A stretch of 64,000 nt of DNA from contig CBDEUS010000001.1 in the NCBI GenBank assembly GCA_965243395.1, positions 1,056,001 through 1,120,000 on the forward strand, written 5' to 3'. A program made the translations under genes and the position numbers. Within the stretch, counting starts at the first letter, position 1; every line of letters begins with the position of its first letter. Source of the DNA: Gammaproteobacteria bacterium. GTDB taxonomy: Bacteria > Pseudomonadota > Gammaproteobacteria > UBA4575. The notes below the pieces were generated by a model. It was not told the origin of the DNA and made no database searches. It saw only the letters and a list, made by a program, of their open reading frames with translations. Positions 39,356 to 52,436 of this stretch are shown here, piece after piece.

Positions 39356-40437
39356 AATATCTCTAACTGCTTTACGCTTTTATTAGTTCGTACAAATTTA
39401 GTTTCGTCCAACTGGTGCAAGTCTTTATATAAATTGTGTTTTTTACAGGCGAGTACGAAACGATCTTCAATTAAATTTGCATACTTACCAGAACCACGCA
39501 TACGCATACCAAAATTAGATTGGTATAACTCACCGCCATGCATTTCTTTTAGTCGATTTAATATATGCTCAGCTTTATATGGATATTCTTTTTCAAGCCA
39601 GTCTACAAACAATGTCTTTAACTCGTGCGGCAATCTCAGCATTACAAAATTTGCACCAACAGCGCCTGCATCACTTGCTGTTGCAATAATATTCTCAAGT
39701 TCACCGTCGGTAAGTACGGGGATTATCGGAGCAACTAAAACACTTACAGGTATATTTGCCTCTGATAGAGATTGAACTACTTTCAATCTTCGTTGTGGCG
39801 TTGCTGCACGCGGCTCTAATTGTTGCGCTAACCTTTTATCCAAGGTTGTTATCGTAACCGCTACATGCACTAAATTCAGCTCCGCTAATTTCGTCAAAAT
39901 ATCAATATCACGCTCTACTAAAGCAGATTTAGTCACTAGACTTACGGGATGCTTATACTCCAGCATTAGTTGCAAAATTTTTCTTGTAATTCCTAACTTT
40001 TTTTCAACAGGTTGATAAGTGTCTGTAATATTCCCTAACGAGATCGTTTTAACTTCATAACTGGATTTTAAAAATTCTTTTTTGAGCAGCTCTACCGCAT
40101 TAGATTTATAAAATATCTTTTGCTCAAAATCGAGGCCGGGCGATAGGTCTAAATATGAATGTGTTGGTCTTGCGAAGCAATAAACGCATCCGTGCTCACA
40201 GCCACGATAAATATTCAAACTACGTTCAAATGGAACATCTGGTGAATGATTTTTACTTAAGATTGATTTTGCTGAAGACGAAGAAATTTCTGTTAAAACA
40301 ATTTTTGAATCATATTCAGAAATCCCAGAATCTAATTCAGTAACCGTTTTTTCAAATCTGCCTGGTATGTTAGTGCTATGCCCGCGTCCCCTATAATTTT
40401 GCGTCGACTTTTTGTTTGGTGAAATTCTAGTAACCAA
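39352..40437 (-). CDS. PA0069-family radical SAM protein (SPL-like)
   Basis: YRGCEHGCVYCFARPTH, TD.YQP.E, LEPRA, LRLP. Confidence 0.93.
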   Translation of the reverse strand: MVTRISPNKKSTQNYRGRGHSTNIPGRFEKTVTELDSGISEYDSKIVLTEISSSSAKSILSKNHSPDVPFERSLNIYRGCEHGCVYCFARPTHSYLDLSPGLDFEQKIFYKSNAVELLKKEFLKSSYEVKTISLGNITDTYQPVEKKLGITRKILQLMLEYKHPVSLVTKSALVERDIDILTKLAELNLVHVAVTITTLDKRLAQQLEPRAATPQRRLKVVQSLSEANIPVSVLVAPIIPVLTDGELENIIATASDAGAVGANFVMLRLPHELKTLFVDWLEKEYPYKAEHILNRLKEMHGGELYQSNFGMRMRGSGKYANLIEDRFVLACKKHNLYKDLHQLDETKFVRTNKSVKQLEIF

Positions 40438-40441
40438 GATA

Positions 40442-40810
40442 TCAAGATGCTTGCTTGCTAAGCGAAACTAAAATATTACTAATTTCTTCAGCGGAACCAA
40501 GGTAAGGCGCCATTTTAATTTTTATATTTGGATGCTGGATCTGAGATTTTTGCAATTCTTCAGGAATATCCGTAGCGACATGTCGGCCCGCAGAGAGAAA
40601 ATACGGCAATACGGTAACTGCCTTCGCTCCTTTCGCCACACAGCTTGTAACACCTTCTGGAATGGAAGGTTCTGCTAGCTCCAGAAAAGCGCATTCGACA
40701 ATCGGGAATTCATGATCGCTATGGCCTGCCAGACGCTCTGTAAGTGTCCTGACCTCATCATTTGAGGCCTGACGACGGCTCCCATGCGCAATAAGTAGTA
40801 GAGCATTCAT
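40442..40810 (-). CDS. Small sirohydrochlorin chelatase (CbiX/SirB)
   Basis: AHGSRR, AFLELAEP, PYFL.AGRHV..DIP. Confidence 0.9.
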   Translation of the reverse strand: MNALLLIAHGSRRQASNDEVRTLTERLAGHSDHEFPIVECAFLELAEPSIPEGVTSCVAKGAKAVTVLPYFLSAGRHVATDIPEELQKSQIQHPNIKIKMAPYLGSAEEISNILVSLSKQAS

Positions 40811-40881
40811 GCATAAATGCTATCACAGACCAAAATGAAGCTTTACGGCTGTGCTACACAAACAAGGGATAGTTATTAGGC

Positions 40882-40919
40882 AAAAAAAACCCACGTTTTG
40901 AGATTTTCTAAACGTGGGT
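40882..40919 (-). terminator. Rho-independent terminator
   Basis: ACCCACGTTT / AAACGTGGGT stem with a U8 tail on the minus strand. Confidence 0.85.
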
Positions 40920-40945
40920 CAGTTTCAGAAGGAGAGAAACTACAA
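40882..40945 (-). ncRNA. Candidate small regulatory RNA
   Basis: TATAAT at 40951-40956 (minus), hairpin AGUUUC-UCUCCUUCU-GAAACU, then the terminator. Confidence 0.45.
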
Positions 40946-41044
40946 TCTGTATTATAAAACTGGACCGAGATGTTAAATTTACAGCTCATCCGTGTTTATC
41001 TGCCTTTTAGCCAGAGATATACAAAATATATGGCCTAAGAAGAC

Positions 41045-41416
41045 CTATACGACACCAAATTCCTGCTTGAGGAACTCCTCTTCTCGTAGCACTTCAGGCT
41101 GGGAGTCCAAATCCTGTTTTTTGTAAGTCACCATGGCAACCCCCCGATCATCTATGCGGATAATAATGCCCATCATCCTGCTCATACGTCGCAACGGACC
41201 ATCCTTACTGACCAGTACAATCTCCACTTTTTTACCACGATCCAGGTCATGTTCTGGAATCTGAACATACAAACCACCATCACTGATATTGCCCTGATTT
41301 GAGCGTAATGTCGTATAGCCCGAGCGCTTGATGTACACATCGCCCTTTATCGCTATCCGCTCTTTTCGTGGATAAAATGAGCTGCGTAATTTCTTTTTCC
41401 TAAAAATCCCGAACAT
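41045..41416 (-). CDS. PilZ domain protein
   Basis: NISDGG ((D/N)xSxxG); PRKER is a degenerate RxxxR. Confidence 0.75.
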   Translation of the reverse strand: MFGIFRKKKLRSSFYPRKERIAIKGDVYIKRSGYTTLRSNQGNISDGGLYVQIPEHDLDRGKKVEIVLVSKDGPLRRMSRMMGIIIRIDDRGVAMVTYKKQDLDSQPEVLREEEFLKQEFGVV

Positions 41417-41590
41417 ATGTAAATAGATCGTTTAGATCGAACTTTTTCAACTTAGACTAATTAAAAATATTGCTTTAAATTGTAAGTTACCATAGGTAGA
41501 AGTTATGTTTTGTGACAGCATGCGCCGATGGCAAGCGAGTTATTCCTGTCAAACGGATTGAGGCAAAAGACATTGACAGGCAGATATTAT

Positions 41591-41899
41591 CTACCTGTTT
41601 AACATGGCAGCATCACGGAATATTTTCCAATCTGCGCCCAATATGGAACATTTTTCGGGATTATTCTTATATTTACTTTTCAATAAGCGATAGCTGATAT
41701 GAGGGATCTTGAAGGTAAATGCCGCGAGCAGCATAAACATAAGCCCCATCAAAGTGGTTCTTTCGCCTTTTAAATCGACATTAAATATCCAAATTATTAA
41801 TGCTGCTAAACATACCAGCGCAATAGTCATATAGGTTAAATTACGATTAAGTACATGATATTCGCTATAAAGGCTCTGAGATATTTTACTTTCAGACAT
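41591..41899 (-). CDS. Hypothetical membrane protein (2 TM)
   Basis: Start overlaps the rhombosortase stop by 1 nt (translational coupling). Confidence 0.65.
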   Translation of the reverse strand: MSESKISQSLYSEYHVLNRNLTYMTIALVCLAALIIWIFNVDLKGERTTLMGLMFMLLAAFTFKIPHISYRLLKSKYKNNPEKCSILGADWKIFRDAAMLNR

Positions 41900-42483
41900 T
41901 ACTGTAACTTCTTATTTTTATTGGATGTAAAGAATAATATACTTATCGAACTTAGCAAGCCGCCAATAAAGCCATAAAAATGAGCTTGCACAATCACTGG
42001 ACCTCCCGCTGTTTGTTCACTTCCTGGTATGGGACCCATCCAAGCCTCCCAAACTAATTTAGCCAATAACACAACAAACAACACTAAGTTTAATAAATGC
42101 TTATGAGTAATAAAGTCAAGTAACAGTAAGACGACCACAAGACCATGTAAGGTGCCGGATAAACCTACATACCAATAAATTTGTGGGCTAAAGAGCCAAA
42201 TGCCCATGGTGACAGTTATGCAACTTATGAGAAAAACCAGTATCCATCCTGTTATTTTCAACACGTCCGGGAAAAGGATAAAAATTGCAACCATAGCCAC
42301 TGCGTTCATCGCAAAATGACGCCAATTTAAATGTACCAAGTTTCCTGTAATAAAACGCCACCACTGTCCAGCCTCTATATCTGCCCTTGCGAATTGAAAC
42401 CAATCTATTCCTGACTTCAGGCTAAATTGGGCGAATATACATAAAACCAATACTGTAAGGATAAAATAGCTGTTTTTATTCAT
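41899..42483 (-). CDS. rrtA: Rhombosortase
   Basis: GQWWR..TG..VHLNW.H..MN, YVGLSG.LHG, AH.YG. Confidence 0.9.
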   Translation of the reverse strand: MNKNSYFILTVLVLCIFAQFSLKSGIDWFQFARADIEAGQWWRFITGNLVHLNWRHFAMNAVAMVAIFILFPDVLKITGWILVFLISCITVTMGIWLFSPQIYWYVGLSGTLHGLVVVLLLLDFITHKHLLNLVLFVVLLAKLVWEAWMGPIPGSEQTAGGPVIVQAHFYGFIGGLLSSISILFFTSNKNKKLQ

Positions 42484-42600
42484 GAGGTTACAATAAATAT
42501 CTAATTTAATTTATCAGAAATAAAGTTGTCTAAAAACAGCATTTTTAATTCGCGGGTTACACTACTAAACTGCAAACAGGACTAAATAACAAGGATACCT

Positions 42601-43095
42601 TTGAATAAACGAAACTTTTTAATCGTGGCAGGCGGATTCACAATATTTACTCTGTTACAAGTTGGCTCCAAGCACAATAAAGTAGCCATTAAAGCCGCAC
42701 CTGATATCACTAAATTAAACTATGATAACCAATATTGGCGGAATAAATTGAGCGAAGCCGAGTATGCCATCTTGCGTACAGGCGCCACCGAACCACGATA
42801 TTCCAGCAAGCTTACGAATTTTTATGAAAATGGCACATACTCTTGCGTTGCCTGTGGTCTAGAACTATTTCATTCTGATATGAAATATGACAGCAACACT
42901 GGCTGGCCTAGTTTTAATGACCATATTCATGGTCATTTTGAAACCTATACGGACTTAAAAGGAATTTGGCCAAGGACAGGTTATCGCTGTGCCCGATGTG
43001 GCGGTCACCATGGCCATCTAATTATGGATGGACCATTACCCACAGGACAACGCTGGTGCAATAATGGACAGGTTCTTACGTTCAAACCTGCTTAA
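42601..43095 (+). CDS. msrB: Peptide-methionine (R)-S-oxide reductase, probably exported
   Basis: ATE, CVAC/CARC, KYDS.TGWPSF, HGH, DGP.PTG.RWC.NG; Tat-like NKRNFL leader. Confidence 0.93.
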   Translation: MNKRNFLIVAGGFTIFTLLQVGSKHNKVAIKAAPDITKLNYDNQYWRNKLSEAEYAILRTGATEPRYSSKLTNFYENGTYSCVACGLELFHSDMKYDSNTGWPSFNDHIHGHFETYTDLKGIWPRTGYRCARCGGHHGHLIMDGPLPTGQRWCNNGQVLTFKPA

Positions 43096-43144
43096 ATTCC
43101 CAATACAAAAGATTCTTCGCTCTTATAAAACTTAAATAATGTAA

Positions 43145-43501
43145 ATGAATAACGAAAAAGATAAATTTAATTTAAACGACCCAGCACCTATTCCTGCATT
43201 AAATGAAGAATTAGATGAATTTCTTCAACATAGTCTGCATGAAACCCTGGCAGAATTTACTACCCAAGCTCAAATATATTTTCCACAAATATTAGATGAT
43301 GAACGCGACCAAGCCGCTGCAAAAATTCATTTAGATAATTTACAAGAACAAATCAGTCGTTCAAGCAAGGATTCAGAGAAAGTTGTTTCCGCGTTAACAG
43401 CTTTATCAAAAATTGGCGACAAAAAACAAGACGATATGATGGCCTGTGCCTTACTGGATTATATTGATGAAATTCTGGAATTAGTAAATGCCGAGAAATA
43501 G
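43145..43501 (+). CDS. Hypothetical acidic helical protein
   Basis: 118-aa ORF filling the gap between msrB and fadA. Confidence 0.6.
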   Translation: MNNEKDKFNLNDPAPIPALNEELDEFLQHSLHETLAEFTTQAQIYFPQILDDERDQAAAKIHLDNLQEQISRSSKDSEKVVSALTALSKIGDKKQDDMMACALLDYIDEILELVNAEK

Positions 43502-43529
43502 TCTTCTATTTATGAATGATGCCTTACTT

Positions 43530-46881
<3,352 letters not shown>

Positions 46882-47356
46882 AGTAGAAATTTCACAATGA
46901 ATAATGTCATGGAGCGAAAAGAGGTAATTATTTATATTTAGTTATAGTTATGAGCTTATTTTACTAATATGTTAGCTAAATGCATATATAAAAAAACAAG
47001 TTGTACAGCATAAAAGCTAAAAACATACCGTCATTACACTCGAGCAAGCCAATATGATTATCAAAGCAGCAAATTAAGATAGACAAAGACGTAAACAATC
47101 ACCATAAACTGTGGTTGTGCTTGATAGAGGCAGAAATAAACGCTCTTTCTAGAGCCAATAACTACAATTTCACGCGGTCACAAATTGCGATGACAAATGT
47201 TTGGGAAAACGTTGGTTGAATTGAAGTTATAAGCGACTTATCAGATAAGCATGAACAATGCGCAGTATCGGGCATACTAACCCTGGGTTAGTTACTAACC
47301 CATGAAATTAAATTAAAAAAATAAATTTAAATCGAATAGACGAAAATCTGACAAAA

Positions 47357-47599
47357 TCAGTCAGTATTTTTTTCGTCTTGAATATATTCTGAAATATCGT
47401 CTATATCGACAAAGTTATTGCGACGATCTTTCTGAGCACGCCGATCTTGGGCAACCAACTCGCCATTGTTATCAGTCAGAGGAAATTCTTTAGCCTCTAA
47501 ATGACGACGATCGTTTCCTTTACGAGTGTCTTCTGTGGTCTGGATATTCTCAAATTCATCTACAATCGTGTTGATCGCAGTATCAAAGTAGTCATTCAT
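47357..47599 (-). CDS. Small hypothetical protein with DRR repeats
   Basis: RKGNDRR...FPL.D..G..V..DRR...DRR. Confidence 0.6.
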   Translation of the reverse strand: MNDYFDTAINTIVDEFENIQTTEDTRKGNDRRHLEAKEFPLTDNNGELVAQDRRAQKDRRNNFVDIDDISEYIQDEKNTD

Positions 47600-47924
47600 A
47601 TTACTTTGCCCATCCGTGTTTGATTGATAAATAATCTCACAATTTATGTAATGAAATTGAGCAATAGCTCAGATAATTAATGATAATTACTTCAAAAAAT
47701 CCGTCTCCTTTAAGTCGAACTGCAATATAATTGAATTAATCAACTAAATTACTATGTATAGCTAAATAGATTTGAATCAAACAAGCATACTAATAGGACT
47801 ATTAAGAGATTCGACTGGCTCGGATATCGATTTCATACTGTAATTTAACGAGAATAAAAAGTGACGTAGATACATTACGATCACTAAAAAAACTACCTTA
47901 TAGACAATCTTTCAGGAGATAAAA

Positions 47925-49112
47925 ATGATCAAGCCACATGGATCGGACGCTTTGACGCCTTTATATGTAGAAGATGAAGCACTTCGTAAAGAATTAGAAA
48001 AAGAAGCTGAAGGATTGCCATCCATAGTCGTGAACTCTGCAGCTGCCTCTAATGCAGTGATGCTGGGTGCAGGATACTTCACCCCACTAAAGGGGTTTAT
48101 GACAGCTACCGATGCAATTTCAGTAGCTAACAACATGCAAACTAGTGAGGGATTATTCTGGCCTACTCCTGTACTCAATTTAGTGCAAGACCAAAGTGTG
48201 ATTGGCGATGCTAAACGCATTGCATTACGTGACCCCAATGTTGAGGGTAACCCTGTATTGGCAATTCAAGATATTGAATCCATCGAAGTGCTAACCGATG
48301 AACAAGTTAACAACATTACCGAAAAAGTTTATCGCACAACGGATCCTGAACACATAGGTGCGGCAACCTTTATGTCTTTAGGTAAAACTGCTCTTTCCGG
48401 ACCAATTCAGGTCTTAAACTACAGTTACTTTAGTGAAGAGTTTAAAGGTACGTTTAAAACTGCCGGTGAAATTCGTAAAGAAATTGCGGAACGCGGATGG
48501 AACACTGTTGTTGGTTTCCAAACACGTAACCCAATGCACCGAGCACATGAAGAACTTTGCAAAATGGCACAAGAAGCTGTCAATGCAGATGGTGTGTTAA
48601 TACACATGTTGTTAGGAAAATTAAAAAAGGGAGATATCCCTGCACCCATACGTGATGCAGCTATTCGTAAAATGGTAGAAGTATACTTTCCACCTAATAG
48701 CGTTATGGTTACGGGTTATGGTTTTGACATGTTGTATGCTGGCCCACGCGAAGGTGTGTTACACGCAGTGTTTAGACAAAATTGTGGATGCACACATTTT
48801 ATTATTGGTCGTGATCACGCTGGTGTGGGTGATTACTATGGTGCATTTGATGCACAAACCATATTTGATGATGAAGTTCCTGCCGATGCTTTAGAAATTG
48901 AAATTTTCCGTGCTGACCATACTGCATACTCTAAAAAATTAAATAAAGTTGTCATGATGCGTGATGCCCCGGATCATGAAAAAGAAGACTTTGTACTTCT
49001 TTCTGGTACAAAAGTTCGTGCAATGCTCGCTGCTGGAGAAGATCTTCCTAAAGAATTTGCTAGACCTGAAGTTGCTAAGATTTTAATGGAGTACTATCAA
49101 AGCATTAATTGA
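47925..49112 (+). CDS. sat: Sulfate adenylyltransferase (ATP sulfurylase), sulfur-oxidizer type
   Basis: AGGAG RBS; FQTRNPMHRAHE, YAGPRE, GRDHAGVG, LSGTKVR; N-terminus resembles Chromatiales/symbiont Sat. Confidence 0.97.
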   Translation: MIKPHGSDALTPLYVEDEALRKELEKEAEGLPSIVVNSAAASNAVMLGAGYFTPLKGFMTATDAISVANNMQTSEGLFWPTPVLNLVQDQSVIGDAKRIALRDPNVEGNPVLAIQDIESIEVLTDEQVNNITEKVYRTTDPEHIGAATFMSLGKTALSGPIQVLNYSYFSEEFKGTFKTAGEIRKEIAERGWNTVVGFQTRNPMHRAHEELCKMAQEAVNADGVLIHMLLGKLKKGDIPAPIRDAAIRKMVEVYFPPNSVMVTGYGFDMLYAGPREGVLHAVFRQNCGCTHFIIGRDHAGVGDYYGAFDAQTIFDDEVPADALEIEIFRADHTAYSKKLNKVVMMRDAPDHEKEDFVLLSGTKVRAMLAAGEDLPKEFARPEVAKILMEYYQSIN

Positions 49113-49127
49113 TTTGGTGAGCACAAT

Positions 49128-49892
49128 TTAAATATCAATTTCGATTGAGCTTGCCACGCGTTCTTGCACTCGGCTGATAATTTCAGGATCTTCAGAAAAG
49201 ATCACGAAGCTGCCTTTTTGATTGCTAAGTAGAACGCCTTTGAATTTGTCATCACCAATTTTTTCGCGCTCGGGCATTTTCTTCCAGGGAATATACATAA
49301 CCGTTACCGGCTGTCCATTTTCTGATAATACAAAATGTGGTGCTTTTTTATCATCGATAGGGCAATTACTTGCGTAACGAATATGCCCGATACTTTCACT
49401 CACTTTTACACCATGTGGCGCAAGCATTTCATTGAATGAAGCTAGCTTAATATTTTTATCTTTGATCAATGCATCCTTATGCTCATATAAGTGAGCAAGA
49501 ATCTGTTGTTCCAACCCTTGCGATTCACCAAACTTAAACATACCCAGTGATAAACCAACCGCTAATACTAAAGCAGCGGCTATCGACATCCATCTATAAT
49601 CACGTTGCGGTTTATTTTCAGATTTTTTAAAAGCGACTACATTGTCATTTTGCTGCACAACATCAGCTTCTGCATACTCACCACTCAATCTTTGTGCGAG
49701 TATGATTCTAGACTCCAAGCCTTCTGGCACATCAATGTGTATCGCAGATTTAAGTTTGTCATCAAACTGCTTGAGCTTTTGAGAAAGCTCAGAATACTCT
49801 TCACTAGCAGCAACTTCCTTTAATACATCCGGATCACGTGTATTCGGGTCACTTATGAGTACTTGTTTGATTGTTAAACTGTCTTTTTCCAT
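49128..49892 (-). CDS. DUF3379 protein, putative anti-sigma factor
   Basis: DP..., VPEGL.SRI, single TM (SIAAALVLAV), periplasmic domain; follows the ECF sigma gene. Confidence 0.8.
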   Translation of the reverse strand: MEKDSLTIKQVLISDPNTRDPDVLKEVAASEEYSELSQKLKQFDDKLKSAIHIDVPEGLESRIILAQRLSGEYAEADVVQQNDNVVAFKKSENKPQRDYRWMSIAAALVLAVGLSLGMFKFGESQGLEQQILAHLYEHKDALIKDKNIKLASFNEMLAPHGVKVSESIGHIRYASNCPIDDKKAPHFVLSENGQPVTVMYIPWKKMPEREKIGDDKFKGVLLSNQKGSFVIFSEDPEIISRVQERVASSIEIDI

Positions 49893-49913
49893 TCTTGCAA
49901 ATTTTTTAAAAAA

Positions 49914-50474
49914 TTAAATTTCAGTCACTTTATCTTGATTATCTAGTTCAAGGTCTGGTCCATCGTCTTCCAATATTGCACGTAATTTTTTTCGTGCACG
50001 AAATAATCGAGTCATCACTGCACCAGATTTAATCCCAATAATTTCTCCTATCTCATCACAGCTGTAACCGCCTATTACTTGTAACAGTAATGGCTCTAAA
50101 TATTCTTCCGGTAAATCTTTTAAACTTTTACGCAAAGCAATGACCTCTGCTTTAGCAAAACTGTCATCAATTTGTGCAAATTGATCTACATTTACATCAT
50201 CAATGGGTGTGGTATCTGGCCTTATCTTTTCAAAACGCCTAGCATTTTCACGGCGATATATCGTAAATAGCCAACTTTTTACTGCGTTAGGATCCTTTAG
50301 TGAATCCATCGCTTTCCAAGCTCTTAAAAATGTCTCTTGAACTAAGTCTTCAGAAACTTGTGCATCCTTGGTTAACCACAAACCATAACGGTAAAGATCC
50401 TTCGAGTAGGCATTTACCATTGCCTCGAACTGCGAAGTTCTTTTAGCGTCACTATATAGACCAGAGGTTGCCAT
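49914..50474 (-). CDS. ECF sigma-70 factor
   Basis: EDLVQETFLRAW, WLFTI.RRENAR, EPLLLQVIGGYS..EI, V.TRLFRAR. Confidence 0.95.
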   Translation of the reverse strand: MATSGLYSDAKRTSQFEAMVNAYSKDLYRYGLWLTKDAQVSEDLVQETFLRAWKAMDSLKDPNAVKSWLFTIYRRENARRFEKIRPDTTPIDDVNVDQFAQIDDSFAKAEVIALRKSLKDLPEEYLEPLLLQVIGGYSCDEIGEIIGIKSGAVMTRLFRARKKLRAILEDDGPDLELDNQDKVTEI

Positions 50475-50547
50475 CAATCCTTACAATCGGTAGGTATAAT
50501 TATTAGTTAGAAATTGAGATTAAGATATTTATATATATTACTGATAT

Positions 50548-51432
50548 CTATCGCTTTTTACTATTGTCTTCGTTTTCAACAAGCAAGCCTGGATCAATAC
50601 GCTGTGTGTGCCAGTTCATGCGCCAATCTAAATGCGCACCCGTTACTCTACCGGTTGCACCGACAAGTGCAATGGTCTCCCCTTGCTGAACTCGGTCTCC
50701 CACTTGAACCAGCACTTTATCAAGATGCAAAAAGGACGAAGATAAACGGTGGCCATGGTCTAAAACCACAGTCCAGCCTGAAAAATACATATCATCAACA
50801 TAGCTTACAACTCCGGCTGCAGGAGCAACTACGGACGTTCCGACAGGAGCTGCCACATCGATTCCATAGTGTGGCTGTCGAGGTTGACCATTTAGGATTC
50901 GCTGACTTCCATAAACGCCTGTGATCGGTCCTTTAGTCGGCCAAATAAACTTCTGTTTAAAATCAAGTCGGCCTTCATCCATGTTCCGTGCTAAACGAAT
51001 TTCTCTTTGTTCTTGTTTAATTCTGACCAGTGTATCTGCATCAGGGTTCACTTGAGCATTAGGTAATCCATCTATACGCTGTATTTTGTACTCTCGCTGA
51101 GCAATCTTCAGTTCATGCTGCTTTGATGAGCCATTACTATAAATAAATTTTAAAATAGCACGTGAAGGATAATCACGCCCAAAACCTATAATAAAATCAC
51201 CACTTTTAGAAACTCGCACCTCATAATCATTAACGATTACTTTTGCACCAGGAGTAACTTGTCCATAGACCAAACCGCCCTGAATAAAATCACCATTTAG
51301 TTTAAACGTATTATCTGCAGCCATAACATTACAAGCCACGGATAAACTAATTATGATAGATAAAAAAATATTACTAAAAAACATAGCTGCGGATGAATTT
51401 GACCGCAGCAATTTTGCCATATGGCCCTGCAA
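50548..51432 (-). CDS. M23 family metallopeptidase
   Basis: HYGID, HLD, GATGRVTGAHLDW; start uncertain. Confidence 0.92.
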   Translation of the reverse strand: MQGHMAKLLRSNSSAAMFFSNIFLSIIISLSVACNVMAADNTFKLNGDFIQGGLVYGQVTPGAKVIVNDYEVRVSKSGDFIIGFGRDYPSRAILKFIYSNGSSKQHELKIAQREYKIQRIDGLPNAQVNPDADTLVRIKQEQREIRLARNMDEGRLDFKQKFIWPTKGPITGVYGSQRILNGQPRQPHYGIDVAAPVGTSVVAPAAGVVSYVDDMYFSGWTVVLDHGHRLSSSFLHLDKVLVQVGDRVQQGETIALVGATGRVTGAHLDWRMNWHTQRIDPGLLVENEDNSKKR

Positions 51433-51548
51433 CTAGGAAATAGTGGCTATCAAAGGTGAAAGCGTGATTAGCAGGTAATAGAAACTTAGAATGGTTTAAA
51501 TTAAATAAAGAAATCTAAGCGAATCAAGACAACACTTACGGAGATACT

Positions 51549-51782
51549 CTAGTTATTATTCTGCTTCGAGATTTTTTCCGCAATCCGATCACGGAGTATC
51601 TGAGTATCAATTCTGGGATTGTGTTCTGCTTTAGGTTTTCGAGCGTCTATATCTTCTTTCATCCACAAATGATCTACATCTCCAACAATTTGGTTATTAG
51701 CTTCCAAATTTTTATTCGTAGACGCCGCAGTTTTTGCTGATTTCTTTCCGGTAAGCTTGTCTAAAAATGATTTTTTTTCCAT
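51549..51782 (-). CDS. Small hypothetical protein
   Basis: GGGGA RBS-like sequence; 77 aa in an otherwise empty gap. Confidence 0.5.
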   Translation of the reverse strand: MEKKSFLDKLTGKKSAKTAASTNKNLEANNQIVGDVDHLWMKEDIDARKPKAEHNPRIDTQILRDRIAEKISKQNNN

Positions 51783-52143
51783 CTCAATTCGTCCCCATAA
51801 TATATATCTATGACTCGATTTTACTAGAACTAATGCAATAATAAGCAGCCATTAATCACATATTCAGCATCCCTTATCAGCGAAAATCAATCAAATCTGA
51901 AGTTATCAAACGAGTTCTAGATCCAGTGTTCATAAATAATATTATGAATGAAAAATCAATAATTTAATTTACGTGTCACCCATATTTTGACTTTCATTTA
52001 TTCTTATCAGTAAAAAATATTTAATTTGAACTTAATGGAACAACTTCTATAATTCAATAAATGCAAATTGCATCGATTAAACTAAAGAAAATCAGAGAAT
52101 ATAATAACCATAATCTTTACCCCAGTTATAGGAGGTATTTAAA

Positions 52144-52329
52144 ATGATCGAAAATGTTGGTGAAACAGATCGAATGTTAAGAATTCTTGTTGGACTATTA
52201 CTGATTGGCTTAGCACTCGCCTTTGGTGGTGCTTGGTGGATCGGATTAGTTGGAATCATACCCGTATTTACAGGAGTTACGGGCTGGTGCCCAGGCTATC
52301 TTCCTTTTGGAATTTCAACCTGTAATTGA
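52144..52329 (+). CDS. DUF2892 (YgaP-like) membrane protein
   Basis: AGGAGG RBS; NVG..DR..R..G, TG..GWCP.Y..FG.STC. Confidence 0.92.
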   Translation: MIENVGETDRMLRILVGLLLIGLALAFGGAWWIGLVGIIPVFTGVTGWCPGYLPFGISTCN

Positions 52330-52436
52330 CAGCGTTAGTCAATTTAATTTAACAAATCGCTCAAAAAAATCCGAGAATATATTCCTGAGACTATATAGTT
52401 TCAGCCTGAATTAATATAAGCAAAGTACAGGGAAGA

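Noticed and set aside
40947-40962. LexA box CTGT-ATTATAAA-ACTG
   Set aside because: Mismatch in the essential CAG half-site; better explained as a -10 region
41899-42483. Local GlyGly-CTERM substrate for the rhombosortase
   Set aside because: No protein in the window ends with Gly-rich + TM + basic tail
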